A stretch of 64,000 nt of DNA, from positions 67,642,001 to 67,706,000 of the forward strand of contig NC_043003.1 in assembly GCF_006345805.1 (NCBI RefSeq), given 5' to 3'. A program made the translations under genes and the position numbers. Source of the stretch: Octopus sinensis. Its lineage: Eukaryota. The notes under the pieces are model-generated. The model saw only the letters and a list, made by a program, of their open reading frames with translations. It was not told where the DNA came from and made no database searches. The first letter of the stretch is position 1. Every line of letters begins with the position of its first letter. This document shows, one piece after another, positions 52,400 through 64,000 of the stretch.

Positions 52400-52585
52400 C
52401 CAGCACAACTACATCATTAGCTGCCCCACGGATATCACTATGGTTTCGACACCAGAGTTGCTGTCTACCAGATTTACTTGCAAGGTTTTGGTCGGTTATT
52501 GGATATATTAGAAGAAATTCTATCAAAGTGTCACGCAGTGGCAACAATGTGGTTGGAAAGCAGAATCTTTTAATACCCACACAGT
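52400..52585 (-). mobile_element. old family A-like SINE fragment
   Basis: Reverse complement gtgtgggtattaaaagattctgctttccaaccac...ccactgcgtgacactttg...accgaccaaaaccttgcaagt. Confidence 0.55.
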
Positions 52586-52935
52586 CCATTCCTTGTTATT
52601 TATATATTTATATATTCTATAACGTATACTAAAAGCAAGAAAGAATTTTAGAGTCGACAATAGAATTTGGAGATGTTCGTAGAAAAAATATATTAATTAT
52701 TTTCTCATACATTTCATTGCAATTCAAAACTCTAAACCTGAGTCTCTCATGCACGGATGCATTCCTATTTAGCTAGTGACCTAGGTGGCGAAGGCAGTCA
52801 TTGAAAGTCGAAATTATCTTGGCTGAATTTCTATATACAGAAAGAAATGCGATGTAGGTAGATGTTGCACATTTCATAATTACACACAGCACACACTCAC
52901 ACATACACACACGCATATATATATATAATATATAT

Positions 52936-52973
<38 letters not shown>

Positions 52974-53007
52974 GATATATATATATATAGATATATATAT
53001 ATATATA

Positions 53008-53064
<57 letters not shown>

Positions 53065-53146
53065 CATACAAATATATGTATAAATGCATGTATGCATATA
53101 TATATATAATATATATATATATATCCATACATATATATCTATATGC

Positions 53147-53204
<58 letters not shown>

Positions 53205-53628
53205 TATATATATACACATATGCATTTGTATATCTATTTATATATATGTTTAAAGGTTTATATGTGTGTGTGCGTGTGTGTGCGAATGTACTGGTTGTAG
53301 TCAATGATGCGTCATTTAATGGCCTTCCTAGACATAATGTGTTCATGAAGTAGATATTGATTTTTATCATACCTAAATATATGAGTAATTTTATTGTAGA
53401 CCGAAATAAAAATGTCCATGGCATTCCTGCCTTTTTGCAACGTTATGAGGGACATACGATGAAATGTCTTGAATCATTTAAAAGCTGTTTGCAAAACTTG
53501 AACCTTAGTGTGTGCAGCCATTTCGAATTTTCACTAAATATTATGATATTATAAAATACCACAATATTCAAACTAAATTCTAAGCCTAAATACATATAGA
53601 TCGATATCTATGTATGCATGTATATATA

Positions 53629-53684
<56 letters not shown>

Positions 53685-53980
53685 TATATACATCTCCGTA
53701 TATACACACGTTGTCCTTTTTTCATTGGATTATTTTGCACATCCCCAGACACATATGAAGGTATATTCACCGTGAATTTCAGATTTTCTACACGTCAGGT
53801 ATTCCTATTTTGCCTTGGATCCCGACAGTATTGATAGACTCGTACTCGGTTCGCATGCTTCCCTGGAATTAGCTCAACTTCAAACCCAACCTGCCCATAG
53901 CCATTTTTACTCTCTTCCTCCATCTCTCTCTCTCTCTTTACATATAGGTATTATATATATTATATATATATATATATATA

Positions 53981-54028
<48 letters not shown>

Positions 54029-54119
54029 TATATATGTATATATATATATACACACACATGTGTGTGTGGTGTGTGTGCGTATGCAGATGGTTGAAAAGTA
54101 ACATAGGAGTTGATATGTA

Positions 54120-54348
54120 TTAGGAAAATATTACAACGTACAAAATGATACGATCATTTTATCATGTAGGACATTTTAGTACCGGTTTCAGACTTTGCGA
54201 CTTTTTCATCTTAAAGTAAAGTATGAAAAACAATTAAATTGTGAAAAAATTAAATAAAATTACTTTATAAAAATATTTCCATAATTTTCAAATACTTGGG
54301 ACATTTTCGTGTTTTTTTTCTCTCTCTCCTTCTCTCTCTCTCTTTCTC

Positions 54349-54393
<45 letters not shown>

Positions 54394-55090
54394 CTTTTGT
54401 GAAGAGTCGGTAGGTAGGAAGTAGCAGGTATGAAGAAATATTTAATATGAGGGCTGTGAGTTCTTCCTTTTCATTGTTTAAGCAGCAGTAGACGAGTAAG
54501 GGGACGCAGAAGAAGAAGAAGAAGAAGAAGAAGAAGAAGAAGAAGAAGAAGAAGAAGAAGAAGAAGAAGAAGAAAGGAGTAGTATAACAGTAACAGGCTA
54601 TCAGTGGAGTCTTCTTAAATGTTCCTTCCTTACTTTACTACTACTGCTGTTTAGAATAACACCTACGCAAATATTATAAACAATGCATTCAAAAGTGATG
54701 TCTTAAGAATTCAATCACTACTACCATACACAGCAAGTCACTTTCAGGGCACTTGACCATTTAACATCCTACTACTATCCTGAAATTCCCGCATTCTTCT
54801 CCTCTTCCTCCTCCTCCTCCTCCTTCTTCTTCTTCTTCTTCTCGAACCCACAAGAATAAACAATGAGAGACAGAGACAGGCAGAAATAAATAAAATGTCA
54901 CTTGTATTTGAATACTATGCAAATATTCATTTAAAAAACATTTTTTTTAAATTTCCAAAAATTAATTATTTTCCATACTCACAGTTGAAAAAGTCGCAAT
55001 GACTGAAACCGGTACCGAAATGTCTTTTTATAAAATTATTTTAGCATTTTCTACCTTGACTTTTTTCCATGTATATCAATTCATGTGTTC
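54120..55090. repeat. old ~1-kb degenerate fold-back element enclosing CT, (GAA)n and (TTC)n tracts
   Basis: 54170-54208 matches the reverse complement of 54986-55024; 54286-54308 matches the reverse complement of 54891-54912. Confidence 0.65.
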
Positions 55091-55101
55091 CTTTTCAACC
55101 T

Positions 55102-55175
<74 letters not shown>

Positions 55176-55599
55176 GTATTAATATGATATTCAAACGACT
55201 AACACATAATATCTATTACGTTAATTATTTCATAGATACAGATATGTAAATATTTGCATGTATCTACTGAAAAATTGATACGTGCTGCATACAATGGTCT
55301 GAAATTTTGAAATCAGCATGAAAAATTAATCTAAAAAAGTTGGTTTGGATTCATGATTGGTATAAAAAATTGAATTTTGTTGACGAGTGTTCTGTTTATA
55401 AAATTTGATGCTTGATGAAATAAAGGACCAGTTAAATGCTGCGGTGGCTGTAATCAATCATCTATTTCTCCTAAAAATGCAGAAAATGTGCCAATATTGG
55501 AAACCAATATAATGATTATTATTTTAGTTCGACTTGGCTCAGGATTGGTCTTATTCCTGGTAGAATTCATATGATTAGCGGTTTACTAATTGTAACATA

Positions 55600-55830
55600 C
55601 ACTATCTACACGATTTTAATAAAACTTCAAGTCCTGAAAAATCTGATGTCTCAAGGCTACTGTAAAAGCTCTAGAGGACATTCCATTATCTACTTCCTTC
55701 AACTTATTTTCCATGTAGTTACTAAACGTCCCTAATACTCCAATTATCACAGATGTCATATTCCAAATTCTTGCAACTTCATATTCAAAGGACTGCAATT
55801 TTTTTATATCTGAGTTCAATGCTAAGTTCT
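55600..55830 (-). mobile_element. degenerate R4/Dong RLE C-terminal fragment
   Basis: KKLQSFEYEVARIWNMTSVIIGVLGT resembles K..KY..L..E..R.W......IVIGALG. Confidence 0.5.
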
Positions 55831-56035
55831 GAGTTCAAACCGAAGTAGTGAATACATACATTGGAATTTATGCGCCACGTAGCAGCCTCTTCTGATATTT
55901 CAAATTTTCTCAACATACATGAGAGTAAAAAGCAATTCATTGTCGTGGAAGCTACAGATAACAAGACGTCTGAAGAGTTCTATATATGATATGATATACG
56001 AATGTGTGAAGGAATGTGTGTATCCCCGTATAGAT

Positions 56036-56905
56036 ATGTTTCTTTATTAGCCACACAGGGCTGCACACAGATAGAACAAATTACAAGGTAGAGCTTTTCT
56101 TTTGAAGGTAAAAAAAAGGGGGGGTGTTCGATCAAAAGCGATCGTAAAAGGAGAGAAAGAGGACAAAAAAGGGGGGGTTAAAAAAAGGGGGAGAGGAAAA
56201 AAATTGATCAATAGGGATCGTTATCACAGAAATGTCAATATGAAGTGTAAAGGGGAGGACAGGTGAGGTTTACCCGTGGAAAGAAAAGCCTACGGAAAAG
56301 ACCACGGTAACCTCGGTCAATGAAGTCACATGTTATATTTCTTTCTTTTATTTTTTTTTGCAAATAAGCAACACTCTGTATTAATTTTTATGGTTCATAG
56401 AATCATAGTCAAGGTGGCTTCGTCATTCATACGTGCCATCCTTGCTACATTCACCCATCTTTTTTTAAAACATTCACTAGACAAAACTTGCCTCTCTACT
56501 CTCACTTTCCTCCTCAAGTGATACTTGAAGAAGTTGATGAGAGATTGACCAGAGAGGAAAGTGTTTGTCTCTAATCCTTTCAGGCGCGTCTACCAGATAC
56601 ATTCTTTCGCCATAGCCACTCGGCCGATAAACCGACACGTCCCACACGTGACAGCAGTCGTTCGTGTGGGACGTGTCGGTTTATCAGCCGAGTCTATCGT
56701 TAATATCGTCACGCCTCCTTCCTTCAAACGGGAAGGAAGAGCTATTTTTATCATACTTGTGGCTATGGCGAATGTACCTGGTGGACGCGCCTGAAAGGAT
56801 TAGAGACAAACACTTTCCTCTCTGGTCAATCTCTCATCAACTTCTTCAAGTATCACTTGAGGAGGAAAGTGAGACTAGAGAGGCAAGTTTTGTCTAGTGA
56901 ATGTT
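56036..56905. mobile_element. L1/Tx1-like 3' end with inverted duplication of its 5' portion
   Basis: Minus arm VAMAKECIW*TRLKG...FFKYHLRRKVRVERQVLSSECFKKRW to a UTR ending aataaagaa; plus arm 56663-56905 repeats it in inverse. Confidence 0.8.
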
Positions 56906-57243
<338 letters not shown>

Positions 57244-58516
57244 CATTCAACATAACCCCCAGTGGATTACACTCCCTAGATAGCCATGTTTTTTCTTTTA
57301 TTCTGTGCCAGTATAATATATCCACTAACTATATGAGTATATGAGTAATAATTTCATTCTTTGATTTATATAATCAACCTAATGATTGTCTACCTAGGCT
57401 TTTATCTAATTAGTCTTCAATGTTTTATGTTGTGCGTCTACTAATAAATTTTAGGTCTTCATTTTCATCTTTACTTTCTGCAACAATAACAACCATGCCT
57501 CATTATTACCTTTTTATGCAGCTATCTGTCGTAATCTATCATGCAAGGCCTTCTCTTGTCAGTCAAATAATCTTGCTTTTTTACTTTTTTACTTGGATTC
57601 TGACATCATTTCGCTTTTTGGTTTCCCTAGGGACATTCTCGAAATCTGGCGACAACAATTCTTTTCATGTCTCACGAATTTTTAAGATTCTTTCAGAATA
57701 CTGCATGAATATTGCATGACTCTTTCTTGCAGAATAATCCGTGAATTATCATTTAACATGATAGCCTTTGGCTCGTATACACACGTGTGTTCGGTTGCTT
57801 GATATACAAAATCATGGTTAATACCTACCATCTTATTTCTATCAATATTTCAAACTGCTGTCAAAATATTACCCTTGCTTGGAATGCGCCATGTGTCAAT
57901 ATGTCTAACTCTTTGACAGAGACTCAGCAGTCAGAAACAATATAATTTTTTCTTCCCCCACTGCACATTTATTAGTCTTCAATCACCTATTGTATTTTAG
58001 TACAAATAGTAATGATTTCTAGAAACTGTTTTTGTGCTATTAAGATCTTTACATTTCAATTTCAAGCCACAGTGTTTAGCCCGTGGTACATTTGTTTTTC
58101 ATAACTTTCAGCTTCATTAATTAATTTTTCTAGAATTTTGACCATCAAGTTTTGTCTTAGCAGATATCTCCATATTTCCATTGAGTTTACGTTTCCTTTT
58201 GCTCTTATTTTGCTTCGTTTTTGCCAGAAAAGAAATATGTCAGTATGTATCCGTTTTATATTTTTGCATGGTAGCAATTAATATTTCCATTATTGTTTCC
58301 TGTATGCTTTCTGACTGACTGCAGGTACTCGTCATTAAAAGGACTCCAAAAACGCCAAACTGCGTCTGTCAACCTTGCTGGCCGTCGCTGCTGGTATTGA
58401 TTTCGCCTCATATTTTTTGGCGCTTTTAACACTACGTCGATACGAGATTTTCTCTTTGGACGAATACTGCAGTAAGAGGCCTATCAAGTAAGCGCTTACA
58501 TTACATATGATTCATA

Positions 58517-58740
58517 GATCACTATATAAATTTTCTAGTACTGTACTATATTTCTGAGATGAGGAAAGCTGTACATTATTTACATTATTTACATTGGATG
58601 TGTCCTCATCTTGTTTGTTGTTACCACAACATGTCGGCTGATTTAAACGCCAACCTTCATCAGGTGTCCTAGTAGAACTTTGAGCCCAAACCTGTGTTCT
58701 CATTCCTAGGGTATTTTTGTTGATGCTATTATTATTATCA
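58517..58740 (-). mobile_element. Penelope-type terminal repeat with hammerhead motif (GAAAC decayed to GACAT)
   Basis: ggacac-CTGATGA-a-ggttg-gcgtttaaat-cagcc-gacat-gtt-gtggt at 58623-58669. Confidence 0.65.
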
Positions 58741-58843
58741 TTATCATTATTATTATTAATGCCTGTGGGCATATAGCGTAATAGTTAAGTGCACGGGCTA
58801 CTAACCAAGATTGCGAGTTCAATTCCAGGCAGTGCCTAGAGTA

Positions 58844-58908
<65 letters not shown>

Positions 58909-58929
58909 TAACAATATTAATAACAGCAA

Positions 58930-59080
58930 AAACATACCTTATGAATAAGAAGCAAGGGTTGGGTTCAAAATCCTACAAGGACACCTGATAAATGTTAGAG
59001 AGTAAATCCGCCGAAACGTTGTGGTAACAACAAAAAAGATGAAAACACATATCAGTCGAAATTAAATAATGTAAATTTTC
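58930..59080 (+). mobile_element. Penelope-type terminal repeat with degenerate hammerhead motif
   Basis: ggacac-CTGATAA...ccgcc-GAAAC-GTT-gtggt at 58979-59025. Confidence 0.6.
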
Positions 59081-59488
59081 TGTTATTAGAAGTCATCTAT
59101 ATCTCTGTAATGTGGTAAACCATACTTCTGTGACACACGTTTGTGCTGTATATTCTAAATGCTGCCGTTATTAACCTTGTGTTTTATCTTCCTAATTGTC
59201 TGAGTGCCCAGTAAAGAATATTCCTAGAACACTTATTGATACCTATTACTTTATTGCTTTTCATTGATACGTATCTCACATATTAATCTAATGCGACTCA
59301 AACATTCTTTGAAATTCTAATGCGTCTCCAACATTCTTTCAACTATTAGTTCACCAATGTTCTATGCAATTGGTTCTATATTTTATGTAATTCCAAAAGC
59401 TTTATTTGTTTATCCTATATAACTTAAACGTATTTCATTAATTTTCTTTTGCTTAAACAAATTTCATGAATACTTCTATATACTATCA

Positions 59489-59553
<65 letters not shown>

Positions 59554-60162
59554 GGCATCTCAACCATTGCTTGGATTTTTCTCTGTCTATTTCTTTTGCA
59601 TTTAGGTTAGCCCAGTATTTGCCATGAAAGGGCTTTTCTTGCCTTGGTTTTATCATGGTCCGTTGCTGTTCTAGTTTTTTTATCATGCCTAATGCACCTA
59701 CTATGATAGGAATTGTTTCTGTTTTCAGGTTCCACATTCTAGTTACCTCTATTTCCAGGTCTTTGTATTTTGAGAGTTTCTCCATTTCTTTTAGAGACAC
59801 GTTGTCATCTGCCGGTATTGATACATCAATTAGAAAGCATTTTTTTTCTTCATGATCTCTGACAACTATATCTGGTCTGTTGGCCTTAATTTCTCTATCT
59901 GTACGTATCGGCATATCCCAGAGTATGGTTGCTTTCTCGTTTTCTGTGACCTTTTCTGGTGTGTGCCTATACCATCTTTTTTCTGTTGTTATTCCATAAT
60001 GTTGGCATAGCTGTATGTTGGTTCCAACTCTGTCATGTCTGTGAATATATTCCTTCTTAGCCAGGACTGGGCAGCTAGAGATAATATGATTTATTGTTTC
60101 TTGTCCATCTCCACATATTCTGCAGTTACTTGTAATATTTCTTTTCATTACATGTTTTTGGT
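59554..60162 (-). mobile_element. circularly permuted R4/Dong fragment in (AAT)n
   Basis: ORF 59549-60148: CCHC + RLE region followed by KLEQQ...EKPFHGKYW...QWLR, which normally precedes it. Confidence 0.88.
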
Positions 60163-60193
60163 AATTATTATTATTATTATTATTATTATATTA

Positions 60194-60233
<40 letters not shown>

Positions 60234-60235
<2 letters not shown>

Positions 60236-60410
60236 GGCGACGACCTGGGTGAATCTTTAGCATGGTCGGCAAAATGCTTTGCGTTCTGAATTCAAACTCT
60301 GCCGGGATCGACTTTGCTTTTCCTCTTTTCGGAGTCGATGAAATTAGTACCAGTTCAGGAATGAGGTCCATGTATTCAACTAGTTCCCTCCGCACAAATT
60401 TCAGGCCACG
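60234..60410 (+). mobile_element. family B SINE (tail type Y) within (TAT)n
   Basis: aaggcgacgacctgggtgaatctttagc...ttctgaattcaaactctgccgggatcgactttgc...aaatttcaggcc. Confidence 0.75.
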
Positions 60411-60427
60411 TCTCTATATTAGAAACG

Positions 60428-60483
<56 letters not shown>

Positions 60484-60550
60484 CATCATCATTATTATTA
60501 TCATTATTATTATTATCATTAATATTATTATTATTATTATATTATTATTA

Positions 60551-60584
<34 letters not shown>

Positions 60585-61640
60585 GGCGTTGCACAGATTC
60601 TAACGCTGGAGCTGTACTACACCTCTTATTTTTCGAGGACCTTCCGGAGTATTCGAGCGTTTCCAAGCAGTGTTGTTTTCTGCAAGTGCTCCCCCCTTAT
60701 TGCAGCCCCTATTTGTTCTACGTACGTGTCGAGATTTTCCCAAGAGTTCCGACAATTATTGGTACTACTGCTACCTTTTTCACCGACCACAACTGCTTAA
60801 CTTTCGAAGCTAACCTGTCATATCTCTCGACTTTTCTTTCTTCCTTATCGCATACCTTGTTGTCAGCTGGGCATACTATTTCTATGACCTAGCATAGTTT
60901 GTTTTCTTTCTCAATTAATACTAGGTCCGGCTTCCTATTCTCTATCTCATGATCGCATTGAATCCTAAAATCCCATAGGATCTTTGCATTTCTATTTTCG
61001 ACGATGTCTTCAGGTTGGTTGTACCAATTATTTGCTCTGTCAAGTCCATACTTGTTGAAATGTGTCCAATAGACAAGTCTGGCTATATTGTCATTGCGTC
61101 TTTTATATTCATTCTGAGCTAGTGGCGTACATTGGCTGGTAATATGCCATACAGTTTCACCGTTTTTTCTCAGACTCTGCACTAATCATTTTCTGCTGTG
61201 TTATCTATGCTGTATTTTATGTAGTTTGTTCTTAGTGCTTGCTCTTAAGCAGCACATATTAGAGCTTCCGTTTCCGGTTTTAAATCAGTTTTAGTCATCG
61301 AGAGCTATCTTATTTCCCTGTCTGTCTTAGCATTAACATCCCTGTATAATTGACCATTCATTCCTTTCTGTACAGACCTATTTGCAGTGTCATTCATTTT
61401 CAATTTCTTGTATAGTTTGCAATCTTTCATTCTACACAAGCCTGGTCATCTTACTTCTTATAATAGCGGTACTGTGGCATATTTTACATATCATGCTATA
61501 TTGCCTTCTTCTGCACTAATGCTGTGTTTGCATTGAATAAGTCCGCTTCCTCCTCTTTTTCGTGGTACATACAGTCTGGCTGTGTCACTTTTTGTGTGGA
61601 GTGACCCATATCTAATTAGCAACTTCCTTGTCTTTCCGTC
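60585..61640 (-). mobile_element. R4/Dong-clade LINE 3' fragment, third subfamily
   Basis: LDRKTRKLL..YG.LHTKSDTARLYVPRKRGGSGL; ETVWHITSQC; ILWDFRIQCD; RKPDLVL; VPIIVGTLG; (AAT)n tail. Confidence 0.88.
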
Positions 61641-63274
61641 TAAGCTGTCTAATAAGAGCAGTAGAAAACAATACCGTTCTAACCTGTTTCACTATTGTAA
61701 CCAGAGGCTATAATATTAAAAGAAATTATATCTTCTACTGTGGTGTTAATAATCCGGTGATTTTTATATAATTTGAGTAGAAGTCCAGGGATTACCTGTA
61801 GTAACACTGCTCTACTAAATACCTGAAGATATACTACAGTCCAATCCAGTTTGTTAATTCTAACAATGCGAGTAAGGAGTTTCGATGTTCACTATTATAC
61901 TTTCAATCCTATCTTACTTTGTAAGCCGCGGGTTTGCCAACAGGCTAAAGATGCCACATGGTACGTAAACGTTTCAATTCGTCATTGGTTTCTAACTGCC
62001 AGTTTGCATTTATGTGACATTTTTGTCCAAGGGGCAAGTTGCTCTTTGTTGTAGTTTTAATCAATTTTGTGTTTGTAACAGTCAGTTTCCATTTTTGTGA
62101 AGTTTTTGACAGAACAAGTCACCTTTAAGAGGAAAATTACTGCATTAAAAATTCATTTTATTCGAATGAACGAAAGCGACATGCATTACGGGTTGACAGA
62201 AGTCAGCATCAGTAATGGAGGAAGGATTCCGATGCCATGCAATGGAAAATCAACATTTTTTTATCTAAATTTTTTTATATTCCATATTCAATAGAGGAGC
62301 ATATGTTAATTACTCAAAATGCTTCTTAAATTAAGAATCCATATTATTCTTACATACTATGATCATATTCCTTTTGATAAGCCGAATATTTTTTTGAAAG
62401 TATTTACACCGGAGCAGAAAGTCTAATTAAGACCTAATTAACGATCTAATTAAAGATTTCTTACTGTCTTCCAATATCTGGGATGTTTCTTAATTTCTTC
62501 CTTCCATGTCAACAGGGTCAACTGGGTCTAAGACATGTTTCTATGTTGCATTCATCACGTAGCTTGAAAACAGTGTTTCTGTATATTTCTTCTTAATTAG
62601 TGTATAGGGATTAGTAGAAAATGCTTCTTAAGTTATAAATCCATACCTAAAATGGTTCTTAAGTGACATGAATAGATTCAGTTGGGTTTAGTGAAGAATT
62701 CTGCGAAGACATTGACGTTGGGGCAGAAAGTCAAATTAATTCCTAATTAAGTGTCTAATTAAAACTTCTTAATTTGTTTTTCAATACCGGTTTTTTTCGA
62801 TTATCTCATAAATAATTAATCCATACCTAAGCATACTTAAGCATCACGTTTCATGGTATTAGGGCCATTTGTACACATATTGTGCCTTGCCAGTATTTTG
62901 GAGCTTCAAGTCTAATCAAATCAGGACTGGCTCTCGGCCTATATCGTTTATTCTACTTTGACCATTATTAAACAACAGAAGTCACCGCAGGCTTAATCCA
63001 TTTTCGAAGAATGAAGTATAACTACATTTTCCAGTGTGCTTCGTATTTATTTAGCACCTCAAACCAGCTATCACCTTAGTTTTGCTAACACAAGGCCTTT
63101 GCAATTCTTTTGGCTACGTATGCGCGAGAAAGAGAAAAGGTGTTTTTGGCAATGTTTGCAAGTTTGATTTGGATGATCCATAAAGATTGTTAATATGAAG
63201 TAAAATATTGCTGTCAAATTGTGACATTAGATCAGCAATTTCAGGGGGATAGCGTAATTAGATTTCATCATCTC

Positions 63275-63410
63275 TAGTGTTCAACTGGTACTTATCGACC
63301 ACGAAAGGATGAAATGCAAAGTCGAGCTTGGCAGAATTTGAAATCAGTACATATAGACGGACGAAACGCCGCTAAACATTTTGTGCTAAATATTTCTGGT
63401 AGCACCACGC
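63275..63410 (-). mobile_element. family B SINE, diverged
   Basis: Reverse complement of the family B head and core. Confidence 0.75.
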
Positions 63411-63444
63411 TTGATATGAAGTGAAATATTAATAATAATATAAA

Positions 63445-63660
63445 ATAGGCAGCGAACTGGCGGAACGTAAGCACATTGGGGAAAATGCTAAGCGACATTC
63501 GTCTGTCCTCGCATTTTCACTCGAAATTTTGCCGAGGTCGACTTTGTCTTTCACTTTCATTCCTTCGCGATCGATAAAATAAGTACCAGTTAAGCATCGG
63601 TGTCGATGTAATCGATTTCTTCACACCCCCGAAACTGCTGGTCCTGTACCAATATTTTCA
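63445..63660 (+). mobile_element. family B SINE, diverged
   Basis: aggcagcgaactggcggaacgtaagcac...gccgaggtcgactttgtctttc...gataaaataagtaccag. Confidence 0.8.
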
Positions 63661-64000
63661 AGAAATATTAATTACAGTACTGTTTTGAAAATGTAAAGTA
63701 ACCATTTTTTTTCTGGTGATTATTGTGATGCAAAAAAGGGAGTGAAATGCTTTTGAAAAAATAAGATCTGTTATATTCCAAATTATATACACTTGCAAAG
63801 ACGTGATATAAGATACTTTGATTTATTTTAAGTTATATTATCAAGCCACATTATCAACTTCGAGTGTAATATTTTAAGTAATCTAACTTGAACTTTTAAT
63901 CGTAAACTTAATAATACTGTTTATGACTAATTTTCTTTACCTCAAAGAAATTTTAGTCTTGTTTTGCCTTTGTGAACATATATAGTAATGAAATGTTTTT

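Larger units (their letters stand above)
57400..62100 (-). mobile_element. ancient fragmented BEL/Pao LTR retrotransposon interrupted by younger inserts
   Basis: Collinear remnants: LAPWTKMSHKCKLA (about 62000), DY*HH (about 61740), LEFQRMFESH*INM and VLGIFFTGHSD (59190-59330), WRFWSPFNDEYLQSVRKH (about 58310-58365). Confidence 0.45.

Noticed and set aside
58765-58830. tRNA-like sequence with A/B-box-like motifs
   Set aside because: No complete cloverleaf or acceptor stem; treated as a SINE head, not a tRNA gene.
62330-62800. Diverged direct repeats (taattag...gactttctgc on the minus strand) about 310 bp apart
   Set aside because: Too degenerate to distinguish old tandem duplication from element-internal repeats; not LTR-like.

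Overview
AT-rich, microsatellite-dense animal DNA. The three tRNA-derived SINE families match, from memory, repeats typical of Octopus genomes, so the species is an inference. I found no host protein-coding exon, rRNA or tRNA gene that I can support; most ORF-track entries are translations of (TA)n/(CA)n/(TAA)n/(ATAG)n arrays. The window is a nested graveyard of transposable elements: mariner, hAT-like and Kolobok-like DNA elements; RTE, CR1-group, L1/Tx1 and R4/Dong non-LTR retrotransposons; Penelope-like fragments; a fragmented BEL/Pao element; and many SINEs. The standout feature is at 41801-42241: a 352-nt non-coding monomer plus an 88-89 nt terminal redundancy, inserted in (TA)n. It carries a near-canonical type I hammerhead ribozyme on the minus strand, the architecture of a non-LTR retrozyme copied from a circular RNA. 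Several minimal Penelope-type hammerhead motifs also occur, including two copies sharing a non-canonical CUGUGGA core. Other points of interest are a circularly permuted Dong fragment, CCCH-zinc-finger-array LINE ORF1s (one in frame with a Myb/SANT-like domain), a SINE tetramer and several fold-back palindromes. All alignments and folds were done by eye. Single-base indels may be assembly errors, and many element boundaries are approximate.
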